Counted from the stretch's first letter, positions 1-15,300 are shown. The stretch: DNA of 64,000 bases from Isurus oxyrinchus (GCA_026770705.1 JANJGN010000016.1:87668001-87732000), one strand, 5' to 3'. A program made the numbers and translations. The notes: a model not told the origin generated them from the sequence alone.

Positions 1-2370
1 ATGCTGGGGATGTAGGGGATGGGTGATGCCGGGTGTGGGGAAATAGGTGAGGCTGGGGGTGAGGGGCCGGGTGATGCCGGGGGTGAGGGGGTGGGTGATG
101 CCGGTGTTGTGGGCATGGGTGATGCTTGGGGTAGGGGGTGGGTGATATCGGGGTTGGGGGAATGGGTGATGCCAGGGGTGGGGTGGGTGGGTGATGCAGG
201 GGTTGAGGGGGTGGGTGATGCCGGGTTTGTGGGCATGGGTGTTGCCGGGGGTAGGGGGTGGGTGATGCCGAGGGTGGAGACGTGGTTGATGCCAAGGGTG
301 GGGGTGTTGGTGATGCCGGGGGTGGTGGGTGAGTGATCATTGGGTGGGGGGGGTTGTGTGATGCCGGGGGTGATGGAATGGGTAATGCCGGAGATGGGGT
401 GTTGGATGATGCCGGGTGTGAGGGGGTGGATTATGCCGGGGTAGGGGGTGTGGGTGTTGCCTGGGATGAGAAGGTGGGTCATGACGGGTCTGGGGGTGGT
501 GGGTGATGCCAGGTTTAGGGGGATGGTTGATGCCGGGAGTGGGTGATGCCAGGGTTGGTGGGGTTGGTGATGCCGGGAATGGGGGTGGATGTTGTGGGTG
601 ATGCCGGTGGTGGTGGGGTGGGTGATGCCAGGGATGGGATGGTGGGTGATGCCGGGGGTGAGGGAATAGGTGATCCGGGAATGGGGGGTTGGTGATGCCG
701 GTGATGAGGGGGTGAGTGATGCCAGACATGGGGGGCTGGGTGAAGCCAGGAATGGGGGAGTGGGTAATGCCGGTGGTTGGTGCTGGGTGATGCCGTGGGT
801 TGGGGGCCTGGATAATGCCATGGGTGGGGGGCTAGGTGATGCCGGGAGTGGGGAGGGGTGGGTGATGCAGTGTTGGGGATGTGGGTGTTGCTGGGGGTGA
901 GAGGGTGGTGACGCCAGGGGTGGGGGTGTGTGTATTGCTGGGGGGTGAGGGTGTGAGTGATGCCAGGAGTGGGGGTGTGGGTGATGCTGGGGGTGAGGGG
1001 GTGGGTGATGCCGGGGCTTTGGGGGGTGGGTGATGCCAGGGGTGGGGCAATAGGTGATGCCGGGGGTGGGGTGGGTGGGTGATACCAGGGGTGAGCGGGT
1101 GGTTGATGCCGGGTTTGCGAGCGTGGGTGATGCCTGGGGTAGGGAGTGGGTGATGCCGGGGGTGGGAGTGTTGGCGATGCCGGGGATGGTGGGTGAGGGA
1201 CCCGTGGGTGGGGCGGTTGTGTGATGCTGGGGGTGATGGAGTGTGTAATGCCGGAGATGGGGTGTTGGATGATGCTGGGGGTGAGGCTGGGCATGAGGGG
1301 GTGGGTGATGCCAGGAGTGGGGGTGGCTTTGGGTGATGCCGGTGGTGGTGGGGTGGGTGATGCCAGTTTTGGGGGTGTGGGTCTTGCTGGGGGTGAGAGG
1401 GTGGGTGATGCCTGGGTTCAGTGTGGTGTGTGTTGCTGGGGGAGAATGATGCCAGAGGTTGGGGGGGTTGGTGATGCCGGGGGTGGGGCAATGGGTCATG
1501 CCAGGGGTGGGTGATGATGTCGCTGGCGGGGGTTGGTGATGCCGGGGCTGAGATGATGGGTGGTGCCGGGCGTGGGGGTGTGATGCCGGGGGTGAGGGGG
1601 TGGGTGATGCCGGGGATGAGGGTGTGCGTGATGCCAGGTATGGGGTGGTGGGTAATGTCGGGGGTGCGGGTATGGGTGATGCCGGTTGTGAGGGGCTCGG
1701 TGATGCCTGGGGTGAGGGTGTGGGTGGGTGAGGCCGAGGGTGGGGGTTGGGGTGATGCCGGGGGTGGGGGTGTAGGGTGATGCCGGGGGTGAGGGGGTGG
1801 GTGATGCCGGGGTGGGGGTGTGGGTGATGCTGGGGGTAAGGGGTGGGTGATGCCAGAGGTGGGGGCGTGGGTGATTCCGGGGGTGTGGGTGTGGGTGATG
1901 CCAGGGGTGAGGGGGTGGGTGATGCCGGGGGTGGTGGGGTGGGTGATGTTGGGGTGAGAGGGAGGTTAATGCTGGGGGTGAGAGGGTGGTTGATGCCAGG
2001 GGTGAGGGGCTGGGTGATGCCGGGGGTGAAGGGGTGGGAGATGTTGGGGGTGAAGGGGTGGGTGATGCTGGGGGTGAGAGGGTGGGTGATGCCGAGGGTG
2101 AGGGGGGGGTGATGCCGGGGGTTGGGGGTTGGGTGATGCCGGGGGTTGGGGGCTGGGTGATGCCGGGGGTGAGGGGCTGGGTGATGCCGGGGGTGAGGGG
2201 TGGGTGATGCCGGGGGTGAGGGGCTGGGTGATGCCGGGGGTGAGGGGTGGGTGATGCCAGGGGTGAGGGGGTGGGTGATGCTGGAGGTGGGGTTTGGGTG
2301 ATTCCGGTGTTGGGGGGGTGGGTGATGCCGGGGGGTTGGGGGGGGGGTGGGTGGGGTGTGACGCCGGGGG
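1..2370. repeat. G-rich degenerate satellite, ~24-bp unit (GGGTGATGCCGGGGGTGAGGGGCT-like), truncated by window start
   Basis: GGTGATGCC recurs at ~24-bp spacing (tgcc at 2161 and 2185); ORFs read as 8-aa repeats (VMPGVRGW). Confidence 0.9.
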
Positions 2371-4062
2371 TGTTGGAAGCTGGACTCAGGGTAAAACCTG
2401 AGCACCACCATTTCCCAAAGTGACCCAGTGACCCGGGTGAATAATTAGGTCTGAAAACAATGGCCAGGGGAGGGGTCAGAGGGCGTGTGGGAGGAGCCAA
2501 CGACTGCACTTTTGGGCTGATTGACGGGTCTCCCGAATAATGAGCCATTCAGGACATGGAGAGCAAGGCTCTGCTGGGACATGTTAGCTAGATTCAAACG
2601 CCAATTGGAGGATTTGGGCTTGTTCCGGAAATCTCTCATTTGATGGGGAATCTAAAAGGTTAAAATGTGAATTGCTAATTAGCATTAATAGGAAAATATA
2701 ATTGGAAGCAGCAACTTGACATAAAAAATTGAGGAATATGGCTGCAGGATTTGGATTCTAGCCACAGAGCCAGCTAATACAGAAGAGCTTGAGGTAGTTT
2801 ACAGCTGGAAGCGTGTCATACAGCTGGGCTTTCTCTAGACAGGAACAAGTGTTTTCCGAAATAACCTCACATGTGATAAGAAATGTGTTTTCCTGAAGAA
2901 ACAAAGCAGAACGGAAGCTGGATTTTAATTCAGCTGAACTTTCTCCTCAAAAAGACGCATGTCCAGCAGACAAAGGAAGCTTGTTTCACATCTGCAGACA
3001 CTGTCTTTAAAATAACCCCATCAGCGTTAGGTCAGTCGGCCATCTTCGGACATAAAGGGTCAAAGTTCAATTTTGAGAATCCCCCTGGGTTGAGACAGAG
3101 AAACATCAACATTCAATAAAACCATCTGGAATTCATGAGTAAATATCTTTCTTCATTGTTACTGTTTGTTTGAGTTTTCCAACAATATTTGCTGATAAGG
3201 TGGATATATAAATTTCATGTATTTAAGACGACATTATTGACGTGATGCTTAACTTTGGTTATCATTTATAACTTCAAGTATAAGCTATCACCTATAATGG
3301 GCTTCAATAAAATGTATATGTTCTTGAAGCATATAGAACATGTAATCTGAAATATTTCTTACCTCCAGAATCCACATAAATTCACAACTCTAGAAGTCTT
3401 CGTCAGATTTCTAGGAGCTGATATTGGAAAACATTGAAAACGCTGGTTGACTAAGGCAGGCCTCAATATATGTCCCATCCTCAGACTATTTTGTGGGCTT
3501 GGAGACTCCTGGAGGAGAGGACTTGTATTTGAGGCCCAGTCTCAGACTATGTTACTTTAATGCTTAGAATCTCTTTTAGTCGAGATTTTAATCTAACAAT
3601 AAGTTGAAGGAAGTTGGTTTAACTTGCGGAGGGGTAAAGAGAGTGGAACCATGAACAGGCACCTTCACCCATGGTGCACATTCCTATGAGAACCAATGAA
3701 GGATTGACGCCATGATTGGATTGGATTCCAATGACCCTTTGCCCCTCTCGTAGGAAAGTGCAAAGGTCAGAAGGATCGAACTGTAAATGGGCTACGTCCA
3801 AAGTGCATATGCCTCATGCCCCAAAGACCTCCAGGCCTCGCAGCTGATAGGTTCAGGCTTGGCACATCTTCCTGATCCATGTTATTCCAGTAGAGTAAGT
3901 TCGGGCTGTGCTCTAATCCAAAGGATTGTGTTTGACAGGGCCCTGACTCAGGCAGATATCACCTTCCAGCACTCATTCAGATCCAACCCCCTTTATGAAA
4001 GCTCTGTCATGGCTGGGGTTTTAGTGGGGGTGGGGGAAGGGTGGGTGGTCCTACCGGTGACC

Positions 4063-4787
4063 GTTAAGGCAGAGCTAGAGTCCATTATTAAGCAAGAAAT
4101 AGCAGGACATTTAGACAAGCTTAAAGCAATCAAACAGAGACAACATGGTTTTGTGAAGGGAAATCAGGTTTGACAAATTCGCTAGAGCTCTTTGAGGATG
4201 TAACAAGCAGAGTTGATAAAGGGAAACCGGTAGATGTCGTGTATTTGGATTTCCAGGAGGCATTTGATAAGGTGTCACATAAAAGGTCATTGCACATGAT
4301 AGGAGCTCATGGCTTTGGGGGTAATGTATTAGCACGGATTGAGGATTGGTTAACACACAAGAGACAGAGATTCAGGCTCAATGGGTCTTTTGCAGGTTGG
4401 AAAAACATAACTAGTTGAGTGTTACAAGGATCAGTCCCAGGGCCTCAGTTATTTACTATCTAAATTAGTGACTCGGAGGAGGGGCAGAGTGCAGTGTATC
4501 CAGATTTGCTGATGATATAAAAATAGGTGGGAAGGCATTTTGTGATGAGGACATAAGGAATCTGCAAAGGGGTATAGACAGGTTGAGTGAGTGGGCAAGC
4601 TTTTGGGAGATGGAGTTTAATGTCGGAAAGTGTGAGGTCATGTACTTTGGTGGGAAGAAACAGGCAGATTATTATTTAAACAGAGAGAGACTCTAAAAAA
4701 GTGCAGTACCGAGGGACCTGGGTGTTCTTGTGCATGAAACACAAAATGTTAGCATGCTGGTGTAGCAAGTAATTAAGGAGGCAATGG
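4063..4787 (+). mobile_element. CR1-type LINE, decayed RT fragment, cut off at ~4787 by the LTR element
   Basis: QHGFVKG and VDVVYLDFQEAFDKVSH motifs, followed by degenerate PQGS and FADD-like motifs with stops and frameshifts. Confidence 0.85.
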
Positions 4788-7700
4788 TGACGTTTCACAC
4801 TGACTGAGATTGACTGCAATGCGGCTACGACTTATTAAAAAAACCTTCACTGAGAAACCACAGGCAAAACCCCATGTTTCAGCCCAAACATGAATCCCTT
4901 GCTCCTCCCTCCACCATTTGTCCCAACACAATCTCACCTCCACCACCCTCCACCCTTGTCCCGGCAGCCCATCTAAACCATTCGTTTGCCAGTCTTTCCC
5001 AGTCTCTTAGTCCTATCTGTCTTTTGTAACCATCAGCATCATCCCACCGAGATGTTTCCCCAGCACTCCAGGTACTCCCGCCTTCCCTCTTTCACCCGTA
5101 CCTTGCTGGCCGGAATATTTAACCCTGGGCAGGGCACCGATGCCTCATCAAACTGCTAGTCGGGGGAATTGGAGTATTTGGGTGAATTTGACCCTAACCA
5201 GGCCGGCCACTTTCTCTCATGGATACATCTGGTCATCCCGTCTGTGCCCCATGTCTTGCCCACTGTGTTACGATGGGTCTGGCTCCCCCCTTACACCCGG
5301 ATGTAAAGACATCTCGATGTGTCCTCGATCCATCTGTCTGGCTCCAACCAGGATTGTCACCATGCTCAGCCACAGGGCACGACCCATCCTGCATCCTTGG
5401 ATCCAATTTGCTTCACAGAAAGGAGACAAAGTAGGGAAAAGAAGCCCTGCTCTGTGAGGGGTCTTCCCTCCACAGGTCCACCTTGGGTTATGTACAGATT
5501 TACAGGCTGTGTTTCCCCCTTCCTGTCTCCCAGGGTCAGGTCTCTTGCAGCTCAGGGTTGATGTGGGAGGAGGTGCCCAGGGCAGCCTGGGCCAAGGTGT
5601 CTGACTGCCCCTCCTTACCGTCCGGCTGTCTGTGTCCTCATCATCATCCCAGGACACGGGGGAAGGACTCACATTCATCAGGCTCATGTTCCTTCCTCGG
5701 GCTCTGCTTTGTATGAGCTTCCTCTCCTCGGGATGATAGAGTTTGCACTGGTTAATATGGAAGCGTATTGTCCGTTCAGGCAGCCACACTGCGTTTACCA
5801 TCGGGTTTGCCTTGTCCTCCGTACTGTGTGTCTCCATGTAAAGTGGTTTGAATGCTCTGACCCGGGCATCGTTCCTCACCATGACCTGTTCCCTTACCTT
5901 CCACTCCTGCACTTTGTGTGGCTCCAACTGCATTGTGTCCTTCTGATGTTGGCTCCCCCTATTATTCGCTGCCTCCCAGTGTATTGCCCTCAGGGTATCA
6001 TACAGATCCTATTTGACCTCCTGAGTCTGGGGTTCGGTCAGGACTGGCACCAGCACATGAACTGGGGGCTGTATCGTCCTCCCAGTCACCAGCTCATGTG
6101 GAGAGTGCCCTGTTCTTTCAGAGAGGCTGGCCCTCATGCTCATTCAGACTACAGGCAGGACCTCGTCCCACTTCTTTGGCTGCTCCTCCATCTCCTTTCT
6201 TAGCCTTTCCCCTGGGTTCACCCTCTCGACTGTACCCAATGACTGAGGGCTGTGGGCCACATGCCGTTTCCTCTGTATCCCTGTAAGCTTCAGGGTGACT
6301 GACATAACTCTACGTAACTTATCCTGTGAAATGGCTCCCCCTGATCTGACACTGCCATCTGCAGCAGTCCCCAACGGGAGAACACGTGTCTTACCAGGAT
6401 CCTAGTGGTGGTCAGTGTCATGGCTGTTCTACAAGGGAAGGCTTCCACCATTTGGAAAAGACGTCTACCAGCACCAGGGAATATTTGTTGCCTGATACTG
6501 AGGTGGCCAGTGGCCTGATGAAGTCTATTTGTCTGGATGGCCAGAGTCCTTCCACCTGCCAGTGTGTCCCATTTCTGCAGAGATCTGGGTTATGAGGCGT
6601 GCCCACCAAGTAGCCACCGCAGTGTTCCCTTACCTCTTCCCCGAGATAAGGCCACCAGCCCACCTCCTCCACTCTCCCCCAGGTCGGTCTCCAGTTCTCG
6701 GGCCCCCATGGGATAGCTGTATGAGTTCCTCCCAGGAGGGTGTGGGCACAATCCCCTTTTCCACTTTAAACAGCATCCCTTCCCTAACCGCCACATCAGC
6801 CACTCCAAAAGGACCCTCAACTGGCTGCCGCTCTCCCTTTTTCTTGATTCCTGCCTTCTGAACTGTACCTTGCGCATGGTCCTGGGTCAGGTCTGGGGCA
6901 GATTGATCATCTGTGGGCCCTTAAAGCAGCAATCTGTCCCAATGGGTACGGGTCCCAAAGCGTTCATTCCCTGGTCCCCTTCCTCACCAACTGGTCAGCC
7001 TCCAGGCTGCTTACCCGTTGAGCTTCTGTTTTGGAGTGTGCTTTCACCTTCTGGGTATAATATCCCCTCCATTTCCCGTGACACTGTTGTTTTTAGCAGT
7101 GGGGCTGTTACCAATGGTTTCCTGTCTGTGGACTTGAATCCTTGCCTGGGCATATTGCCAACTATTTAGTACAGGAACTACAAGTGAACATCAAATCTGA
7201 GCGCATGGTGTAGGGGGTCGGGAATTCCTCCGGGTGAGTAACCACATAGGCTACAGCTGCCAGCTGCAACTGCTGCACACTCAGTGTGGAGGGGAGTTTT
7301 ATAGATTCTCTATCCCAGTATCCGGGTCATAAATTCCACACCCTGTCCTCCGGTCTCCGTTTGTTACAGAGCTGGACTCATCCACATCTTTGTCTCTCCC
7401 TGTCGGATATTCCCAGGCCCGGATCCCTACATCTACGTCCCTCACCCTTCGAGCGAGCACACACGTGGTCTGTCCCTGGATCGATCATGTTCAGGCCCAG
7501 CTTCAGTTCCACCAATCTCTCCCCCTCAGCTTCATTTGGGAGAGTAACAATGTCCAATGGACAATGTGGTTGCTGCTCACTGACCCGTCCTTTATCCTGT
7601 CACCCAGTAACATCTGTGTCGCAGTGTGACAGGGTCGTAAGGTCACTAAGGATGTCCCTGTAAAAGACTGAAAACCGTTCACTGCCCAGTAGGTCACCAA

Positions 7701-8338
7701 GAGGTGTTGTTTGCAATTTGAGTTGTCCCTCTCTACGTCTGTCAGGACTCGGGAGGGATAAGCCTCTGTCCCCGGCCTGTCGTCTCACTCCCGGAGTTAC
7801 ACCGCGTTCAAACTATCCCCAGTGGCCGCTCCCTCCAAATAACAATCTTCACCCCCAGTTATTGCTCCTAGTGCGGGGGCAGTTTGGAGATTGTCTCTCA
7901 GGTGGGTGAATGCCTCCTGATAACTCCCGTCCCATTCCCAGTCTCCCCCTTTCCTAAGTAGCCTAAGCAGAGGGGCGTCCGTGCTGTGTCACCTTCAATG
8001 AATTCCTGACTGTATCCCGTTATTCCCAGAAAAGAGCTTCTCCCTGATACGTCCTTTGGGCAGGTATTTCCTGTTCTGCTCTCCTTTTCACCTCATCTAT
8101 CGCCCTTTCCCCACTCCAACTCTCACTCCCAGAAACTGCACCTGCCACCCTTCATCTCCGCCTCTCCTTCCCACTGCTTCGATCCTGAGGAACCCCCCCT
8201 CCCCAATCCGGGTTTGCCCCCATTCGGAAACCTACACTCCTTGAGCCAGTGTCCCATTCTTCCACAATTCAAACATGCCCTGTCCACCTTGCCCCCTACA
8301 TCTTTCCATCCTGTTCTGCCACCCTCGCTGCCCTTCAT
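4788..8338 (-). mobile_element. Decayed LTR retroelement / endogenous retrovirus-like element (gag knuckle, RT thumb, tether, RNase H, integrase)
   Basis: CCHC knuckle CLNCGRMGHWLKEC (~8240-8285); VQFLG and SFLGITGY (~8000-8145); RNase H-like DVDESS..GCGIY and KVKAH (~7000-7390); integrase QIDFIRPL..KYSLVLVDVFSKW (6418-6672) and C-terminal FHINQCK (5268-5933). The minus strand ends ...GTCA at 4788. Many frameshifts. Confidence 0.8.
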
Positions 8339-9316
8339 CCCTTGCTGCTTGCGGTGTATATAAACGATTTAGACTTGAATGTAGGAGAGTTGATCAGTAA
8401 GTTCGCGGATGATATGAAAATTGGTGGGGTGGTAAATAGTGAGGATGATAGCCTTAGATTGCAGGAGGATATAGACGGGCTGGTCAGATGGGCTGGTCAG
8501 TGGCAAATGGAATTTAATCCTGATAAGTGTGAGGTGATGCACTTGGGCAGGACAAACAAGGCACAGGAATACATGATGAAGGGTAGGACCCTGGGAAGTA
8601 CCAGGGATCAGAGGGACCTGGGTGTGCATGTCCATCGGTCCATTAAGGTAGCGGGACAGGTAGATAATGTGGGTAAGAAGGAATATGGGATACTTGCCTT
8701 TATTAGCCGAGGCACAGAATATAAGAGCAGGGAGGTTATGCAGGAACTGTATAAAACCCTGGTTAGGCCACAGCTAGAGTATTGCGTGCAGTTCTGGAAC
8801 CTGCATTATAGGAAGGATGTTATCGCACTAGAGAGAGTGCAGAGGAGATTTACCAGGATGTTGCCTGGGCTGGAGAGTTTTAGTTATGAGGAGAGATTGG
8901 ATAGACTGGGGATATTTTCCCTGGAGCAGAGGAGATTGAGGGGGACATGACTGATGTGTATAACATTATGAGGGGCATAGATAGGGTAGACAGGAAGGAA
9001 CTTTTCCCCTTGGTGGAGGGATCAATAACCAGGGGCATAGATTTAAGGTAAGGGCCAGGAGGTTTAGAGGGGATGTGAGGAAGAATTTTTTCACCCAGAG
9101 GGTGGTGGGAATCTGGAACTCACTGCCTGAAAGGGTGTTAGAGGCAGGAACCCTCACAACAGTTAAGAAGTATTTGGATGAATGTTTGCGATGCCTTTGC
9201 AGACAAGGCTATGGGCCTAGTGCTGGAAAATGGGATTAGAATAGTTAGATTCTTGTTTGACTGGTGCTGAAGGATATTTTTCTGAGCTGTATACCTCTGT
9301 GACTCTATGATTCTAT
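8339..9316 (+). mobile_element. 5'-truncated CR1 LINE (RT C-terminus, 3' UTR, CTATGAYT tail)
   Basis: ORF 8249-8950: VYINDLD..KFADD..WQMEFNPDKC..LYKTLVRPQLEYCVQFW..LERVQRRFTR; short 8-bp repeat tail at ~9300-9316. Confidence 0.92.
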
Positions 9317-9325
9317 GAGGCAATA

Positions 9326-12300
9326 TTGGGTAACACACCCACACTCAAAGACATACACCTACAGACAGTACTGGGTAACACACCCACACACAGAGACACA
9401 CACCTACAGACAGTACTGGGTAACACACCCACACTCAGAGACACACACCTACAGATAGTACTGGGTAACACACCCACACACAGAGACACACACCTACAGA
9501 CAGTACTGGGTAACACACCCACACTCAGAGACACACACCTACAGACAGTACTGGGTAACACACCCACACTCAGAGACACACACCTACAGACAGTACTGGG
9601 TAACACACCCACACTTAGAGACACACACCTACAGACAGTACTGGGTAACACACCCACACTCAGAGACACACACCTACAGACAGTACTGGGTAACACACCC
9701 ACACTCAGAGACACACACCTACAGACAGTACTGGGTAACACACCCACACTCAGAGACACACACCTACTGACAGTACTGGGTAACACACCCACACTCAGAG
9801 ACACACACCTACAGACAGTACTGGGTAACACAACCGCACTCAGAGACACACACCTACAGACAGTACTGGGTAACACACCCACACACAGAGACACACACCT
9901 ACAGACAGTACTGGGTCACAGTCACACACACACTCAGAGACACACACCTACAGACAGTACTGGGTAACACACCCACACACAGAGACACACACCTACAGAC
10001 AGTACTGGGTCACAGTCACACGCACACTCAGAGACACACACCTACAGACAGTGCTGGTTAACACACCCACACACAGAGACACATACCTACAGACAGTACT
10101 GGGTCACAGTCACACCCACACTCAGAGACACACACCTACAGACAGTACTGGGTAACACACCCACACACAGAGACACACACCTATAGACAGTACTGGGTAA
10201 CACACCCACACACAGAGACACACACCAACAGACAGTACTGGGTAACACACCCACACACAGAGACACACACCTACAGACAGTACTGGATAACACACCCACA
10301 CACAGAGACACACACCTACAGACAGTACTGGGTAACACACCCACACTCAGAGACACACACCTATAGACAGTACTGGGTAACACACCCACACTCAGAGACA
10401 CACACCTACAGACAGTACTGGATAACACACCCACACACAGAGACACACACCTACAGACAGTACTGGATAACACACCCACACACAGAGACACACACCTACA
10501 TACAGTACTGGGTAACACACCCACACTCAGAGACACACACCTACAGACATTACTGGGTAACACTCCCACACTCAGAGACACACACGTATAGAATGAACAG
10601 GGTAACACACCCACACACAGAGACACACACCTATAGACAGTACAGGGTAACACACCCACACACAGAGACACACAGCTACAGATAGTACTGGGTAACACAC
10701 CCACACACAGAGACACACACCTTCAGACAGTACTGGGTAACACACCCACACTCGGAGACACACACCTACAGACAGTACTGGGTAACACACCCACACTCAG
10801 AGACACACACCTACAGACAGTACTGGGTAACACACCCACACTCAGAGACACACACCTACAGACAGTACTGGGTAACACACCCACACTCAGAGACACACAC
10901 CTACAGACAGTACTGGGTAACACACCCACACAAAGAGACATACACCTACAGACAGTACTGGGTAACACACCCACACTCAGAGACACACACCTACAGACAG
11001 TATTGGGTAACACACCCACACTCAGAGACACACACCTACTGACAGTACTGGGTAACACACCCACACTCAGAGACACACACCTACAGACAGTACTGGGTAA
11101 CACAACCACACTCAGAGACACACACCTACAGACAGTACTGGGTAACACTCCCACACTCAGAGACACACACCTACAGACCGTACTGGGTAACACAACCACA
11201 ATCAGAGACACACACCTACAGACAGTACTGGGTAACACACCCACACTCAGAGACACACACCTACAGACAGTACTGGGTCACAGTCACACACACACTCAGA
11301 GACACACACCTACAGACAGTACTGGGTTACACACCCACACACAGAGACACACACCTACAGACAGTACTGGGTCACAGTCACACGCACACTCAGAGACACA
11401 CACCTACAGACAGTGCTGGTTAACACACCCACACACAGAGACACACACCTACAGACAGTACTGGGTCACAGTCACACCCACACTCAGAGACACACACCTA
11501 CAGACAGTACTGGGTAACACACCCACACACAGAGACACACACCTATAGACAGTACTGGGTAACACACCCACACACAGAGACACACACCTACAGACAGTAC
11601 TAGGTAACACACCCACACACAGAGACACACACCTACAGACAGTACTGGATAACACACCCACACACAGAGACACACACCTACAGACAGTACTGGGTAACAC
11701 ACCCACACTCAGAGACACACACCTATAGACAGTACTGGGTAACACACCCACACTCAGAGACACACACCTACAGACAGTACTGGATAACACACCCACACAC
11801 AGGGACACACACCTACAGACAGTACTGGATAACACACCCACACACAGAGACACACACCTACATACAGTACAGGATAACACACCCACACTCAGAGACACAC
11901 ACCTACAGACATTACTGGGTAACACTCCCACACTCAGAGACACACACGTATAGAATGAACAGGGTAACACACCCACACACAGAGACACACACCTACAGAC
12001 AGTACTGGGTAACACACCCACACACAGAGACACACAGCTACAGATAGTACTGGGTAACACACCCACACTCAGAGACACACACCTACAGACAGTACTGGGT
12101 AACACACCCACACTCAGAGACACACACCTACAGACAGTACTGGGTAACACACCCACACTCAGAGACACACACCTACAGACAGTACTGGGTAACACACCCA
12201 CACTCAGAGACACACACCTACAGACAGTACTGGGTAACACACCCACACTCAGAGACACACACCTACAGACAGTACTGGGTAACACACCCACACAAAGAGA

Positions 12301-15300
12301 CATACACCTACAGACAGTACTGGGTAACACACCCACTCACAGAGACACACAGCTACAGATAGTACTGGGTAACACACCCACACTCAGAGACACACACCTA
12401 CAGACAGTACTGGGTAACACACCCACACTCAGAGACACACACCTACAGACAGTACTGGGTAACACACCCACACTCAGAGACACACACCTACAGACAATAC
12501 TGGGTAACACACCCACACTCAGAGACACACACCTACAGACAGTACTGGGTAACACACCCACACTCAGAGACACACACCTACAGACAGTACTGGGTAACAC
12601 TCCCACACAAAGAGACATACACCTACAGGCAGTACTGGGTAACACACCCACACAAAGAGACACACACCTACAGACAGTACTGGGTAACACACCCACACAA
12701 AGAGACATACACCTACAGGCAGTACTGGGTAACACACCCACACAAAGAGACACACACCTACAGACAGTACTGGGTAACACACCCACACAAAGAGACACAC
12801 ACCTATAGACAGTACTGGGTAACACACCCACACACAGAGACACACACCTACAGACAGTACTGGATAACACACCCACACTCAGAGACACACACCTACAGAC
12901 AGTACTGGGTAACACACCCACACACAGAGACACACACCTACAGACAGTACTGGATAACACACCCACACACAGAGACACACACCTACAGACAGTACTGGGT
13001 AACACACCCACACTCAGAGACACACACCTACAGACAATACTGGGTAACACACCCACACTCAGAGACACACACCTACTGACAGTACTGGGTAACACACCCA
13101 CACTCAGAGACACACACCTACAGACAGTACTGGGTAACACAACCACACTCAGAGACACACACCTACAGACAGTACTGGGTAACACACCCACACACAGAGA
13201 CACACACCTACAGACAGTACTGGGTCACAGTCACACACACACTCAGAGACACACACCTACAGACAGTACTGGGTAACACACCCACACACAGAGACACACA
13301 CCTACAGACAGTACTGGGTCACAGTCACACGCACACTCAGAGACACACACCTACAGACAGTGCTGGTTAACACACCCACACACAGAGACACATACCTACA
13401 GACAGTACTGGGTCACAGTCACACCCACACTCAGAGACACACACCTACAGACAGTACTGGGTAACACACCCACACACAGAGAAACACACCTATAGACAGT
13501 ACTGGGTAACACACCCACACACAGAGACACACACCTACAGACAGTACTGGGTAACACACCCACACACAGAGACACACACCTACAGACAGTACTGGATAAC
13601 ACACCCACACACAGAGACACACACCTACAGGCAGTACTGGGTAACACACCCACACTCAGAGACACACACCTATAGACAGTACTGGGTAACACACCCAAAC
13701 TCAGAGACACACACCTACAGACAGTACTGGATAACACACCCACACACAGAGACACACACCTACAGACAGTACTGGATAACACACCCACACACAGAGACAC
13801 ACACCTACATACAGTACTGGGTAACACACCCACACTCAGAGACACACACCTACAGACATTACTGGGTAACACTCCCACACTCAGAGACACACACGTATAG
13901 AATGAACAGGGTAACACACCCACACACAGAGACACACACCTATAGACAGTACTGGGTAACACACCCACACACAGAGACACACAGCTACAGATAGTACTGG
14001 GTAACACACCCACACACAGAGACACACACCTACAGACAGTACTGGGTAACACACCCACACTCAGAGACACACACCTACAGACAGTACTGGGTAACACACC
14101 CACACTCAGAGACACACACCTACAGACAGTACTGGGTAACACTCCCACACAAAGAGACATACACCTACAGGCAGTACTGGGTAACACACCCACACAAAGA
14201 GACACACACCTACAGACAGTACTGGGTAACACACCCACACAAAGAGACATACACCTACAGGCAGTACTGGGTAACACACCCACACAAAGAGACACACACC
14301 TACAGACAGTACTGGGTAACACACCCACACAAAGAGACACACACCTATAGACAGTACTGGGTAACACACCCACACACAGAGACACACACCTACAGACAGT
14401 ACTGGATAACACACCCACACTCAGAGACACACACCTACAGACAGTACTGGGTAACACACCCACACACAGAGACACACACCTACAGACAGTACTGGATAAC
14501 ACACCCACACACAGAGACACACACCTACAGACAGTACTGGGTAACACACCCACACTCAGAGACACACACCTACAGACAATACTGGGTAACACACCCACAC
14601 TCAGAGACACACACCTACTGACAGTACTGGGTAACACACCCACACTCAGAGACACACACCTACAGACAGTACTGGGTAACACAACCACACTCAGAGACAC
14701 ACACCTACAGACAGTACTGGGTAACACACCCACACACAGAGACACACACCTACAGACAGTACTGGGTCACAGTCACACACACACTCAGAGACACACACCT
14801 ACAGACAGTACTGGGTAACACACCCACACACAGAGACACACACCTACAGACAGTACTGGGTCACAGTCACACGCACACTCAGAGACACACACCTACAGAC
14901 AGTGCTGGTTAACACACCCACACACAGAGACACATACCTACAGACAGTACTGGGTCACAGTCACACCCACACTCAGAGACACACACCTACAGACAGTACT
15001 GGGTAACACACCCACACACAGAGAAACACACCTATAGACAGTACTGGGTAACACACCCACACACAGAGACACACACCTACAGACAGTACTGGGTAACACA
15101 CCCACACACAGAGACACACACCTACAGACAGTACTGGATAACACACCCACACACAGAGACACACACCTACAGGCAGTACTGGGTAACACACCCACACTCA
15201 GAGACACACACCTATAGACAGTACTGGGTAACACACCCAAACTCAGAGACACACACCTACAGACAGTACTGGATAACACACCCACACACAGAGACACACA

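Noticed and set aside
1-2548. Pro/His/Gly-rich extensin-like ORFs
   Set aside because: Translations of a 24-bp G-rich satellite, with no splice or codon evidence.
2640-4050. Possible decayed DNA-transposon coding remnants
   Set aside because: No motif could be read with confidence; needs a Dfam/Repbase search.
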